Assembly: GCA_964019425.1 (NCBI GenBank)
Contig: OZ025794.1
Coordinates: forward strand, 124,001 to 188,000
DNA: 64,000 nt
Direction: 5' to 3'
Source: Flectonema sp. DT1601
Lineage: Eukaryota
A model generated the notes under the pieces. The model ran no database searches. It had not been told where the DNA came from and worked only from the letters and a program-made list of their open reading frames with translations. A program made the position numbers and the translations under genes. Below, in pieces: positions 34,201 through 45,191 of this stretch; the first letter of the stretch is position 1, and every line of letters begins with the position of its first letter.

Positions 34201-34992
34201 GCAACGGAATGTACCCTAGTGAGGAAGTTAGTTTGAGGAAGGTGCAGTAAAACTTCCAGAGGCTATCAGAACCTGAAGCACAACATCTAAGTCTGAAACT
34301 ATGTGTTGAAATCCGGGATTTTAAAAAACTTTGTACGGAATTAGAGGTTTTCCCAAAAAAGAAAAAAAAAGAGGGTCCTCTGACCCCACAAACACTCGTG
34401 TCCAAATCATCACGGAAACGGTGAAACTACCTGCCTTGTGATTACCAGCCAGGGAGTTGTGATCCCGATGCTGGACAAAGGCCAGATACTTTTTATATAA
34501 AAGAAAACTGGAAAGAACACAGAAAAGATATACTTGAAAACTATTTTTAAAAAAAAAAAACTTAAGAGACAAAAAAACAACTGAATTATATGGAACAGGG
34601 GTGGTTCCGCAATCTCGAGCGCTCTAGCAATAATCATTAGTTAAAAGTGACCAATATTTTGCAACAAAAAAAAAAAAAAAAAAGAACAAGGAAAGAATAA
34701 TTACAGTTATCAACAAACAAAAAAAAAAAAAAAAAAAAAAATCTTGCTATGAAAAATAGCAGACATCAAATGCAGAGAAAAAAAAAAACTGCAATTTTTA
34801 TAGCACGAAATTACAGTCTTATTCAGTTTTTTTTTCTTTTTTTTCTTTTTTTTCACAGTGGGGACGAAAAATAGTAAACCTCCAGTTGTGCAAAAAAGTG
34901 GGATCTCAGTGCGACAACAAGGAACAGTCAAGACTCAGATGCCGTGAGCTTGCTCGGGCATCATAATCGATAGGCAACTCTCACACATGAGT

Positions 34993-37719
34993 TTACAATA
35001 TATCCCAGGCACTGCCTCCTGGTCTGTGCTTCCACGGAGCTGCCTTCGGGGTATCAGAATCTAAATCATGCGATGCGGTATCAGATTGCAATGCCGACAA
35101 CCCTTCGGATGATTCCTTTTTATTAAAATTCGAACCTTCCCTTTGAGGAGATGATTGAACGAGGATCTCATGAGCTTCTTCAAGTCTTTTTATCGCTGTT
35201 TCTGCCCAGGTCGCAGGTGGGTTTTGAATTGTCCCCAATGGACGAATGGGTGCCATAGCAGAGACAGTATCCACATCAACAGCATTTAACTGCGTATTAA
35301 AGACTGCTGCGCTACTGGTATTAAACGGAAGTGGTGCACGAAGTGGTTGGCGATAATGATCATGAAAGAAATTAGGTGTTGAAAATGAAGGAACAGCAAC
35401 AGGTGCAACACTCAAAGCCGTAGCTGGAATAGGAGCTGAATACGTATGTAAACTTGGAGTCATCACTTTTCTAAACGGAACTGAACCTTTTGATGACATC
35501 TGCTGTGGCTCTATATCCTCCATCACAGTCAACGCTTCCGGATGAGGAATACTATTTCTAAAACTTCCTCTCTTCTTTTCTGCTGATCTTGGTGGCTCTA
35601 ATTCGATATTTTTTGTGGCCAACAACTTCGCAGCTTCAGAAAAAGAAACAGGCTGTAAACTGTTATAAAGCATCGTTGGAAGGTCCAAAGACGAATCTTC
35701 AAAAGTACGACAAAGATCGAACCAATAAAATGATGAGACAACATCACCTAACAGTTTTATGATTTCGGCATCGTTTGGGAATTGTGATGAAAAACAAAGC
35801 TGAAGTTTTTGAAACATTCCAGCAGGACTGGCTTCAAAGTCTCTAATGTGGTGTTCCCTTTTATCCAATTCCTGTTCCAGTCTTTCCAGTTCAGAACGAC
35901 GTTTTTCTAATGATGTTGCTTTTGCTTCTTCTATTGCCAGTTCGTCTTCAACTTTTTGCAACTCTTTTTGACGATTTACGTCACTTGGAGGAGGTGATTG
36001 AGGTTCCTGAGGTACGTGCTTCTGTGAAGCATTTCTTGCAATCATCGCTAACACTTCTGGTTTGATATTGTGTTCGACATCACATGCGTCGCAAAGAACA
36101 GCTAATTTTGATAGAATTCCGTGCAACCACTTGTCTGGTATTTTACAACCAGCCCCAAGCTGATCTGTTACCGTTCCACTTATTGGGTTGTACGTCATTG
36201 TTATGGCTGTTCCACATCGAACCCCGTTTATAAACTCACCAATTTCACCTAATTCAGGGACATATCTCATTGTGTCTCCTGATATTGTTGTGAATTCAAC
36301 TACCAGATCCTGACCTTCTATGCGAAGGGGGACTTTGGCTTCTTCACTAAAACGTTTTAGACGTCTCAAAACGTGAACGTCTTCTTTCGGAATGTGACCA
36401 CCCTTTCCATTTTGATCATGTAAAAACCTCTTTAAAGGAAACCAAACTAATAGCTTTGCTCTGCCGACTCGATATCCGTTGACGTACTCTCCGAGGCCGT
36501 GGTCTTCTCGACGAAATTCTATTCTGTTGTTGGTCTTGTCGTGAAATGATATGGTTGGCGGTAAGTAGTCATCAGCTCTTTGAAAACTTGAAGCATTAGA
36601 ATCATCATCACTGTCATAAGAAGACCCACTGTAACTACTCTTTTTTTGATTCATTTCTTGAACAGTTGGGAAAACTTGATCACCAGCCTCTGGAGGAGGA
36701 GGAGCAATCGCAGCAATCGGAGTTTCAATCCGATTCGATTTTGTCGAACTTTTTTGACTGACTTGTGAAGGCGGTTGTTGTAATGACGACGACGGAACAG
36801 CCAACGGAACAAACTTCTCAACTGGAGCAGGTGATACTGAAAACGTATTTGTATCTGCAGCCCCTTGAATCCCATTTCCATAACATTGGACTTGCAACTC
36901 TGGTCTGGCTATTGCGAATTGAGCTTGTTTTGCTGCCACAACCTCATCCCTAACTTCAACAATATTAGATACCTTCTTACCTTGAACGGTGTATATGAAA
37001 ACCCCTTGGGGAATACCTGCTCTCGCTGCTGCAGACCCAGGTGTTAATTCCTTTGCTTTGACGACACCGTTAACAGATTCCATAGTGACTCCAATAGCTT
37101 CGTTATGATCATTTAATTGAATTGTAAAAGTTCGTAGTGAAGAAAGATCAGGTGTTGGTGCTCTTGGTCGTACTGGTACTACTTGCTGTCGATGACTCCA
37201 AGCTCTGTAGTTTTCTCTATGAGGTGCACGAGAATTCCCCTCAAAGACTTGTGATTGCAACATATTCTTCAGATATTCACGTGAAACTCTTTGAACAGGA
37301 ATCTCTACTCCATAAAATGTACTTCTGCAGTAGTTTAATATCCGAAGTATTTCTGTCGCATCTTGACTGTGAGCTCGTAATAACCCTAACATCACTCCTG
37401 GATCAGGACACTGTGTGTATGGAATGAGTGCTACTTGATATCCTTTTCCAGTTTCTGCTATTGCCATTTTCTCGATATCACCTAACTTTAGAGCTCTGTT
37501 CATAATGTCACCGTTTTTCGTGCTGGTTGTTACTAGAAGCATGTCTTCTAATACGAGTATTCTGGCATTCTTCTTCTTCCCTCCTCCCTTGTTTATTTTT
37601 TGAACAGGTGCCCATCCATAAACATTTTTACCCTGCTGGATCTGTCGCATGCCATGGGGTAAGCTTCCCTTGTCAATTCGTTGATACGCCCTTTTCGGGA
37701 CAACTAACTGATCGGTCAT
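34993..37719 (-). CDS. Hypothetical protein with N-terminal PH-like region, PDZ domain, duplicated ~80-aa module and coiled coil
   Basis: PDZ-like AIGVTM...TPGSAAARAGIPQGVFIYTVQGKKV; first ATG at 37719. Confidence 0.8.
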   Translation of the reverse strand: MTDQLVVPKRAYQRIDKGSLPHGMRQIQQGKNVYGWAPVQKINKGGGKKKNARILVLEDMLLVTTSTKNGDIMNRALKLGDIEKMAIAETGKGYQVALIPYTQCPDPGVMLGLLRAHSQDATEILRILNYCRSTFYGVEIPVQRVSREYLKNMLQSQVFEGNSRAPHRENYRAWSHRQQVVPVRPRAPTPDLSSLRTFTIQLNDHNEAIGVTMESVNGVVKAKELTPGSAAARAGIPQGVFIYTVQGKKVSNIVEVRDEVVAAKQAQFAIARPELQVQCYGNGIQGAADTNTFSVSPAPVEKFVPLAVPSSSLQQPPSQVSQKSSTKSNRIETPIAAIAPPPPEAGDQVFPTVQEMNQKKSSYSGSSYDSDDDSNASSFQRADDYLPPTISFHDKTNNRIEFRREDHGLGEYVNGYRVGRAKLLVWFPLKRFLHDQNGKGGHIPKEDVHVLRRLKRFSEEAKVPLRIEGQDLVVEFTTISGDTMRYVPELGEIGEFINGVRCGTAITMTYNPISGTVTDQLGAGCKIPDKWLHGILSKLAVLCDACDVEHNIKPEVLAMIARNASQKHVPQEPQSPPPSDVNRQKELQKVEDELAIEEAKATSLEKRRSELERLEQELDKREHHIRDFEASPAGMFQKLQLCFSSQFPNDAEIIKLLGDVVSSFYWFDLCRTFEDSSLDLPTMLYNSLQPVSFSEAAKLLATKNIELEPPRSAEKKRGSFRNSIPHPEALTVMEDIEPQQMSSKGSVPFRKVMTPSLHTYSAPIPATALSVAPVAVPSFSTPNFFHDHYRQPLRAPLPFNTSSAAVFNTQLNAVDVDTVSAMAPIRPLGTIQNPPATWAETAIKRLEEAHEILVQSSPQREGSNFNKKESSEGLSALQSDTASHDLDSDTPKAAPWKHRPGGSAWDIL

Positions 37720-37889
37720 ATCATCAGCTAATAAAGTGGGGGGAAGGGATACCTGTGTCAGGGTAAAGAAGATAAACAATCAAATAGTAAAAGTACAGAA
37801 CAGGTTGCTTACGTTTTTACAAAGAAGCTAACTTATAATCTCCCAACAACAAGTCTTTTATAATACCAGTTGAGGGTGAATAAGAGGAT

Positions 37890-39239
37890 TCATTTCCCAA
37901 TAGTCGTTTGATATTCCTCGTACATTGTCATTATGGAGGTCATATTTACAAGAAGTTTAGATCTTACTTCTTTTATGACATAAGTCGGTTCACTTTCTGT
38001 GATGAAAACAGACTGAAGCCACATCATCTCATGAGGTCCGATTAAAGTAAAGAATCCCTCTCTTTGAGATTCCGAAAGTTTTAAAAAAACATCAGTGAAC
38101 GTTGAATCATCATGACACATGTTACCAAAAGCCTTAACCAAGTCTTTCACATGAGGTAGCAACACAGCATGCTGTTCTCTATCTCCAAAGCATAATAGAT
38201 TTCTGAGAGCACATATTGCTTCTGTTCCTCGGGGTTTATTATTTATAATGTGATTAACTATTAATGGAATTAACCCTATGTCAATTACTTGTTGAACTTG
38301 TTGTGTTGAACCAGAAAGTACATAAGATATTCCCAAACAACAGTCTTTTATAATATGAGTACTCTTATCAGTCGAGTGTGTTAGAAATGATTTAAAATTA
38401 TGTAAAATATCTGTTTTCAGGATGGCATTAATATGATATTCATCTCCAGTGAGAATATTACAAATAATTTGTAACGATGGCGTTGCGATTTCGACTTTCA
38501 TAGTGACCAGATCAGAAAGTTTTTCAGGAATACCTGAATGCTGAAGAACAACCTCTGTCTGTTCACTTCCCCCTTTAGTAAAATGCGACAAAGCCCACAG
38601 TGAGTCAGTAAGAGCCGTACAGTTCATTATGTTATGTATTAATAAAGGAATACCCGCCACCACCCGTTTTATTAAGGGAGCTGGGCTTCCTTTAAAAAAT
38701 TCAGTCGTCAACCAAACAATATTATCCTTGAAGGAATCCGTTAGATGTTGTTGTTTATATAGTTCCCAAAGTGTGGATAGAAGTTGTGGTTGTGAATTTA
38801 AAACTAAATCTCTGTGGGTGGGTCCGTCACAAACTATGTTTCCGATTCCCCAAACCGACTGGTCTACCAAGTCCATTTTAGACTGTTCAATATAGTCTTT
38901 CGCTTCCATTATAATATTACAAAAACACGTCAAGGCTCCCGACATCACAACCGCTTCTGTTTCTTCAGAACTGCCTGATGCTATATTAGTGAGTGCCCAT
39001 GCGCTTTCAAATTGCATTTCGGTGTTTCTATCATCTCGAAGACACTCAACAAGTGATTGAAGGCAACCAGCAGTCTCAATAACTTCTTTAATTGGAGGAC
39101 TCTCAGTTGATAAAACTTTACGTAAACGTCGGATTATAATTGTTTTCTTATTTAGATTAACAGTTTGATCTCGCAGCTGGACAACTAATTTTGGAAATTT
39201 ACTTATCTCAGCCGCAGTTACATCTCCCGAAACAGACAT
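37890..39239 (-). CDS. Importin-alpha-like armadillo repeat protein lacking the IBB domain
   Basis: RKVLSTESPPIKEVI, QFESAWALTNIASG, DQSVWGIGNI, DSLWALSH; first ATG at 39239. Confidence 0.85.
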   Translation of the reverse strand: MSVSGDVTAAEISKFPKLVVQLRDQTVNLNKKTIIIRRLRKVLSTESPPIKEVIETAGCLQSLVECLRDDRNTEMQFESAWALTNIASGSSEETEAVVMSGALTCFCNIIMEAKDYIEQSKMDLVDQSVWGIGNIVCDGPTHRDLVLNSQPQLLSTLWELYKQQHLTDSFKDNIVWLTTEFFKGSPAPLIKRVVAGIPLLIHNIMNCTALTDSLWALSHFTKGGSEQTEVVLQHSGIPEKLSDLVTMKVEIATPSLQIICNILTGDEYHINAILKTDILHNFKSFLTHSTDKSTHIIKDCCLGISYVLSGSTQQVQQVIDIGLIPLIVNHIINNKPRGTEAICALRNLLCFGDREQHAVLLPHVKDLVKAFGNMCHDDSTFTDVFLKLSESQREGFFTLIGPHEMMWLQSVFITESEPTYVIKEVRSKLLVNMTSIMTMYEEYQTTIGK

Positions 39240-39390
39240 TTGTTGTTTTTTTCTTTGTGCTTCACATTTAAACAAGAAGTAGTTTTTTTTTTTTTTTTTT
39301 TTTCTACCACACAATAATTTTTAGGTTGGCACATTATAAACCTTGCACACGTGGTAGACCTCAAAGCCACCCATAGATAAAGCTGCCTTA

Positions 39391-39461
39391 GACAGTAACA
39401 CTGAAGGCACAGGGAAAATAGAAAACATTTGACCATATTAAATTAACGACTCTTAATCTGA
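39391..39461 (+). repeat. Dispersed family C copy (others at 31254..31285, 42761..42804, 43502..43560)
   Basis: Shared gacagta..actg..ggcacagggaaatag and aacgactcttaatctga blocks. Confidence 0.7.
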
Positions 39462-40065
39462 TTCACAACATGAAAAATAGTTTCTAAATTTTTTCCGATA
39501 ACTAAATGAGATGACAACCAAAAAAACCAGACAAGTCAAGAGGTGTAATTTAACGATTTACAAAAGGACAGAACGTCCGACGCACAGAAGTAGTTCCAAC
39601 AAGTCGATTCATTTAAACATTCATGATTCTCCTCATCAGTCCAATCATTAAGTTGTCTGATCGTATTCGACGCGCCTACATGCTGGGTGCCGTGAGCTTG
39701 TACTGCTAATATCTACAGAATAGGGTGACCTCACTTATTTTTTTGCCTGAGGTGTAGAAATCGATGAGTTTATTATAAAACAAAGTGCACTAAAATAAAA
39801 ATATAAAAAAAAAATTTAAAAAAAAACACATTGTTCTGCTGTTCCATATCATCACTTTAGCAATTCAGGAGGGTAGTTACTCTTTTGATTATATTTTTAT
39901 TGTAATATAAAAAAAAAGAAAAAAAAACCTGAGGTGGGAGAGAGTGTCTAACAAAATCAACAGCAAAAACTTCATCAAATCAAAAAAAAAGAAAAAACTT
40001 AAATAATATTATTTAAAAGATCTCTGGAAAGGATCTGTTGTTTTAGTATCAATGGCATCACCTGA

Positions 40066-40716
40066 TTAAAGAGATGTTGATTTCGATGATGGATAAGGTC
40101 TCATCGGAACATCAGTACCACTCTCAAGGATATTAATGTCAGATTCTAATTGTGAAATGTAATTACGAAGTTCTACTAGTTCTGAAGGGATGATCATCTG
40201 TGGAAGTGGAATTGACTTCCTCTTCTTTGGAAGACTGTTTGAAATATCCGACAACTTAATTATAACTCCATCAGTCTCTTTTGGTATAAAGTTACTAGTA
40301 ACAGTCATACAGCAATTAAGATAACTCTGTCTCAGTTTGTTGATATCGGAATTTATTTGAAACCATTCCGCCTGACGCTCTGCTAAGATGTTCCTATCTC
40401 GGAGTAGCTCTGCTTCAGCAATTTGTTCAATTCTCTGAGAATTCTGAACTTCTACATCGATATCGTTAGTGGTAACAAGAAGCATATGTTGTGCTTGTGC
40501 GAGTTTTCTCTCTGCTTTATCATTTAGCTTTCTCAAATCAATTTGTTCTCTCTGTAAGTCAGATAGTTGAATTCGAAGCTCATTACCTTTCCTTGATGAC
40601 ATGGAACTCATACTCAGTCTACTTACACTTCTGCTTTTGTCTCGACTGCCATCAGACATTTTAGACCTCCGACTTCTTTTTGAATACGACGTCGCTGCAT
40701 CATCATCATAAAACAT
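40066..40716 (-). CDS. Hypothetical coiled-coil protein
   Basis: 216-aa ORF with coding-like composition, S/R-rich N-terminus and heptad pattern; poly(T)-AG upstream. Confidence 0.7.
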   Translation of the reverse strand: MFYDDDAATSYSKRSRRSKMSDGSRDKSRSVSRLSMSSMSSRKGNELRIQLSDLQREQIDLRKLNDKAERKLAQAQHMLLVTTNDIDVEVQNSQRIEQIAEAELLRDRNILAERQAEWFQINSDINKLRQSYLNCCMTVTSNFIPKETDGVIIKLSDISNSLPKKRKSIPLPQMIIPSELVELRNYISQLESDINILESGTDVPMRPYPSSKSTSL

Positions 40717-40813
40717 ATTCGTTTTCCTGGATGATTTCTAATTAAAAAAAAAAGGGGGGTTCTTTCTTTTTTCAATATCTACAAAAATACCAAGTAGAGC
40801 CAGCTATGACATT

Positions 40814-41797
40814 CTACGCAATGGAACTGCACTCAACACAGAGACACTGATGTCCCCATTGGGTTTCAAGTTCATTCCTGTCTTCAACTGAGAGTGACTT
40901 TGGAGGTTTTCCATCCGTGTAATCAATACACAATTCAGAACCCGTTGAGATATCAGTAAGAGCTACTATTGAAACAACTGCTTTAGACTGCATTCTACAA
41001 ACAGCATTTGGAGTACAAGCGTGATTGAGAAGAGAATGACTTGCAAATAGATGTCGAGACTTAATCCCAGGCCATGAATTAGTAACACAGACATCGTAGA
41101 CTCGTGAAATCTCTTCTTCAGTAACTCCGTTGATACATTCCGAAATATTTGATACAAAATTTGATATAATTTCTCTTCCCTTTTCACGTTGGGATGTTGA
41201 TAACCCGAGAGTCCAAGCAGACTCCTTCCCACGCATTGATGGTGTCTTCCCTTTCAAGACTGATAGTAATTTTAATGATAAGCAGCAGTCAGTGTATACT
41301 TCTTGAACAACTTGAATTTCTGCAGCACCCATGCCTTCTTCTTGTTCTTCGCTTTCTTCTTCAGGTTGAGTCGGTTTGTTAAACAAAGCTAACAAATAGG
41401 CATCTCGTAGTTGAGTTGATAAGGCCATCATCATGGACCAGATGTCGTCATTACAAAGACCAGAATCATCTTTGTGATGCCACAGTGAGTCTGCTTGTTG
41501 TTTACAATTATTACAACAAAAGCACATCGGACATCCTTCTTCGCAAGGAATCCCCTGGCTGGCTTCTATGTCATCTCCACAATTACCACAAAACTGATTA
41601 TAATTTGCAAGTGGTAGGCACCTTGCAGTTGCCACTGCATTTTCACAAAATAAAATTTCTCCTTTTTTGATATCTTTTTTAGAAAATAAACCGGAACCCT
41701 TTCCTTTTGTATTCCTAACTTCAACGGTGTCGTTTCCACTAACTAAGTCTGATCGTTTATTCCATGTGCTTGATGTTGGAATTATCACGTTTGACAT
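40814..41797 (-). CDS. SET and MYND domain (SMYD-type) lysine methyltransferase
   Basis: GKGSGLFSKKDIKKGEIL, MYND-like Cys cluster, LNHACTPN, ELCIDY, post-SET CLCVEC. Confidence 0.9.
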   Translation of the reverse strand: MSNVIIPTSSTWNKRSDLVSGNDTVEVRNTKGKGSGLFSKKDIKKGEILFCENAVATARCLPLANYNQFCGNCGDDIEASQGIPCEEGCPMCFCCNNCKQQADSLWHHKDDSGLCNDDIWSMMMALSTQLRDAYLLALFNKPTQPEEESEEQEEGMGAAEIQVVQEVYTDCCLSLKLLSVLKGKTPSMRGKESAWTLGLSTSQREKGREIISNFVSNISECINGVTEEEISRVYDVCVTNSWPGIKSRHLFASHSLLNHACTPNAVCRMQSKAVVSIVALTDISTGSELCIDYTDGKPPKSLSVEDRNELETQWGHQCLCVECSSIA

Positions 41798-41862
41798 TTT
41801 TTTTTTTTTTTTTTTTTTTTGTTACTTAAATAGACCTGTATTAAGGTTTTTAAAAAAATAAA

Positions 41863-41896
<34 letters not shown>

Positions 41897-44418
41897 TCAT
41901 CATGTCTGCATCAGTCCTGTGAATAAAAATAAATCGTAGTTTTGATGTTTTTAATTACAGTTCACAAATCAAATAAAAAACAACCAAAATGATTCACACA
42001 TATTATGATGCACAGCGCATTGGACATAATTGTTGTTTTTTATAAGTTATTATTACCTTTTTTTTTTTTTCTTTTTTTTTTTTTCGTTGCGTGCGAAAAG
42101 ACAGGCACGTGGTTTTTTTTATGCAGAGCGTTAGCTGAATAAAAAAAAAACGTATGAAAAATATTTTAAAAAAAAAAAAAAAAAAAAGGAAATGAAAAAT
42201 CGCGTCGTTTCTCTATGCTCAGGTTCTAGTTCGCAGTTATTTAATCCAACGTTGCTGTGCTCGGTAACGCACAGCAACAGAGGACAATCCGTAACCAGAA
42301 AGTCTGGTTGCTTTATCAACTGGTTCTGTTCTATTAAGAACTATTTAGAGAGGGGAAAAAATTGAAAGAAAAAAAACAAAGAAGGGGAAAAAAACAGCGC
42401 TTAACAGGCAATCTGCCAGTGTGTTGAACTGTCTACAACTCTACAATTAGTTAGTAAAGGAAAGGAGACAAATCGAGGAACTTCCATACCTTTTAAAATA
42501 ATCTTTTTTTTATTTCTGTTGAGGAAAAACTACGATATGAAATTGGAGAGAACCAAAACACACCGTTGAGATTATCTAATTTAATAAAAAAAGCCCTCCA
42601 ACGCGACACGTTTCTTTCTTAAATCCTCCAACTCAAAAAAACAACGGGTAAAAAAAATTAAATAAATAAAAATATCGAATATGAGTTTTTTTTTTTTTTT
42701 TTGTGCACACTACTAAATCAGAAAACCATTCGAGAGAAAGCTTTATATTTTGCTGATCGCAGACAGTATTACTGGCGGCACAGGGAAATAGATAACTTGT
42801 TTGAATAGTTTATCTTCTGACTCCTTCGGTGCAAAAAAAAAAAAAAAAAAAAAAAAAAACCAAGATTCTTGTTAATAGTTGTGAGCACATTTGGTTTGAA
42901 ACAAAGAAACGAAAAACGTTCCTCAGCATAAAAAAATATATCTTATGAGTTTAGAGGATTCTACGAAAAAAAAACAGTGTTGGAATCAGAGGTTCTTTGA
43001 AGTTAGTTTATTCTCTTAATTTTTTTTAAAAAAAAAAAGAGACATCATTTTTAAGAAAGAAAACTTTTTTTTTTTTTTGAGTATGGTGAGAGAGAGGAGA
43101 ATACTACTTCAGTTTAAAAAGAAAGAGAAACAAAAATATATATGAAATACATCAACAATCGCACCGTAAAGCGACGCGTGGGCTCCTTTTATATAGAATC
43201 ATCAGTAAAAAAAGAAACATCAAATATGCTAACTTGTAACATTACCCTTAATCACAGTGCATGCACAGTCAGTTGGTTAGTCTGCGAGTAGGTAGGAACA
43301 CGTCGCCCATAAAAATAGGCATGTTTTTTTTTTTTTTTCCATTTCGCATTTTTTTTTTTTTTTTGATGATCTACATAACAAATCAACAAAGATCTTATCC
43401 ATGCAAGAAAAATTATCCAACAAAAAAAATAAAAAATTAAAAAAGGGAGTGAGGGGGAAAAAACAACCATTCAGATAAAACCGTTCATTTTAATGATCGT
43501 CAGACAATGTAATACCGACTGGCACAGGAGAAATAAATAAACGACTCTTAATCTGAATAGTTTTCAGAGAACGAGGGATAAACATCGCTCTGTAATAGCA
43601 ACACGCTGATTCAATTTTTTTTTCTTTTTTTTTTCAAAGAAATACTTGTTACTATTCCACATCTACCGTCATTTAATACTTGATTGATTTGTATGGTTAA
43701 TTGTTTATTTATTTTTCCACTGCACAACAGTGACTACTCACCGACGTGGATACCCTTCTCCTTATATTTTTATTATCAGAAAATCACTACAACCTAATCG
43801 CATTTCCAAATTTTTTAAACGACGGGGGGTGAAACTTTAACAATGTAAAAACAGTAATAACCTTAGGTATCAAAAACTTATAAACGACTGGGGGAAAAAA
43901 AAAAAAGGAATCATAAAAACATAATTTAGCATCAGTTTTAGATACAAAAAGGGGGATGAAAACAAAAAATTGACAGCATTTCGACGCTTCTAGGTATATT
44001 TAGAAGCGTTAACCTCACAAAAAGATCGCACATCCTGAAGTGACAGATGTGATTAACTGTCATAACGCATAAAGAACAGTTAAAATACAGTCATGATTTT
44101 ATTGTTTTTATGTTTTTTTCTTTTTTTTCTTTTTCTTTTTTGAAAATAGTGTACATTCGAATATTTTTTTTACAAAAAAAATAAAAAATAAAAACATAAA
44201 TAAATAAAAATCATGAAGACACACACGAAATCCTCGCCTTTTAACAAGCTTGCTGAGTGGTTACCCACAACACCAATCAGGGAAATCGTTTGTGCTACTT
44301 GGCTCTCTGTTTTTCCCTTTTTTTTTGTTCCTTTTTTCATTTTTTTTTATGTTTGTGGTTCTTATTTAATACCTTCATTTTGTTCAAGCCCGACTATGAA
44401 AAACACGGAAAGCATGAA

Positions 44419-44452
<34 letters not shown>

Positions 44453-44490
44453 AACTGGCTTTATCTTAAACTATACGGAAAATAGTAACA

Positions 44491-44590
44491 TAACGCTTGG
44501 TGGTGTTTTGTTTGTGTCAACTGGTAAAGCTAAAGGAGGTTTACGTGTGCTGCCAACATTCTTTTTCGTTCTTATAATACTTGTTAAATG
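44491..44590 (+). repeat. Dispersed repeat family A, copy 3 (internal deletion, no tail)
   Basis: taaagctaaaggaggtttacgtgtgctgccaacattctttttcgttctta..atacttgttaaatg. Confidence 0.9.
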
Positions 44591-44909
44591 GGTAAAGAAA
44601 ATTGCATGTTCTGATGATTGGTACACTCATGATTCGAAGAACCAGTTGTGGGTGACATCTCGACTGCTCAACGTTGCGCAGACACAGCGTAAGTGGAAAA
44701 CCCTTAGTTTATTGTACAGAAGAGCTGTTTAAAAGTTGCCAATTCAGTAATCCATCCCCTAGATGAAAAATCGGTGTTTTTAAAAAAAGAAAGGAAATTA
44801 ACTGAATTTAATCACAATTTATCTATTGCCTGACAGCTGAAGAAAGGGAAGAGTGTTTTTTTTTTTTTTTTTTTTTTTTTTTGTTGTTGAAATCAGGGAA
44901 GTCAAAACT

Positions 44910-45191
44910 TCTGGAGAAGCTCACGGGGGGTTGTTATGTTCGATTTTGTAAAAATTACAACTGTGTTGTATCATAAAAACATAAAGATAATTTAACATTA
45001 GTTTTAAATACAGTGACTAAGGGTGATGCGCAACTTAGCATCTGGAGAAGCTCACGGGGGGTTGTATGTTCGATTTTGTAAAAATTACAACTGTGTTGTA
45101 TCATAAAAACATAAAGATAATTTAACATTAGTTTTAAATACAGTGACTAAGAGTGATGCGCAACTTAGCATCTGGAGAAGCTCACGGGGGG
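44910..45191 (+). repeat. Tandem duplication of a ~130-bp unit (2 copies plus a ~21-bp third start); family B
   Basis: tctggagaagctcacgggggg recurs at 44910, 45041 and 45171; related pieces at about 43908, 46205, 46840 and 58832. Confidence 0.9.

Noticed and set aside
34100..34300. Possible C/D snoRNA pair (GTGAGGA...CTGA) or decayed coding fragment
   Set aside because: Imperfect C boxes, no terminal stems, antisense to the cluster, no recognisable protein similarity
44910..45191. CRISPR-like periodic repeat
   Set aside because: Spacers are nearly identical to each other, the context is eukaryotic and there are no cas genes; an ordinary tandem duplication
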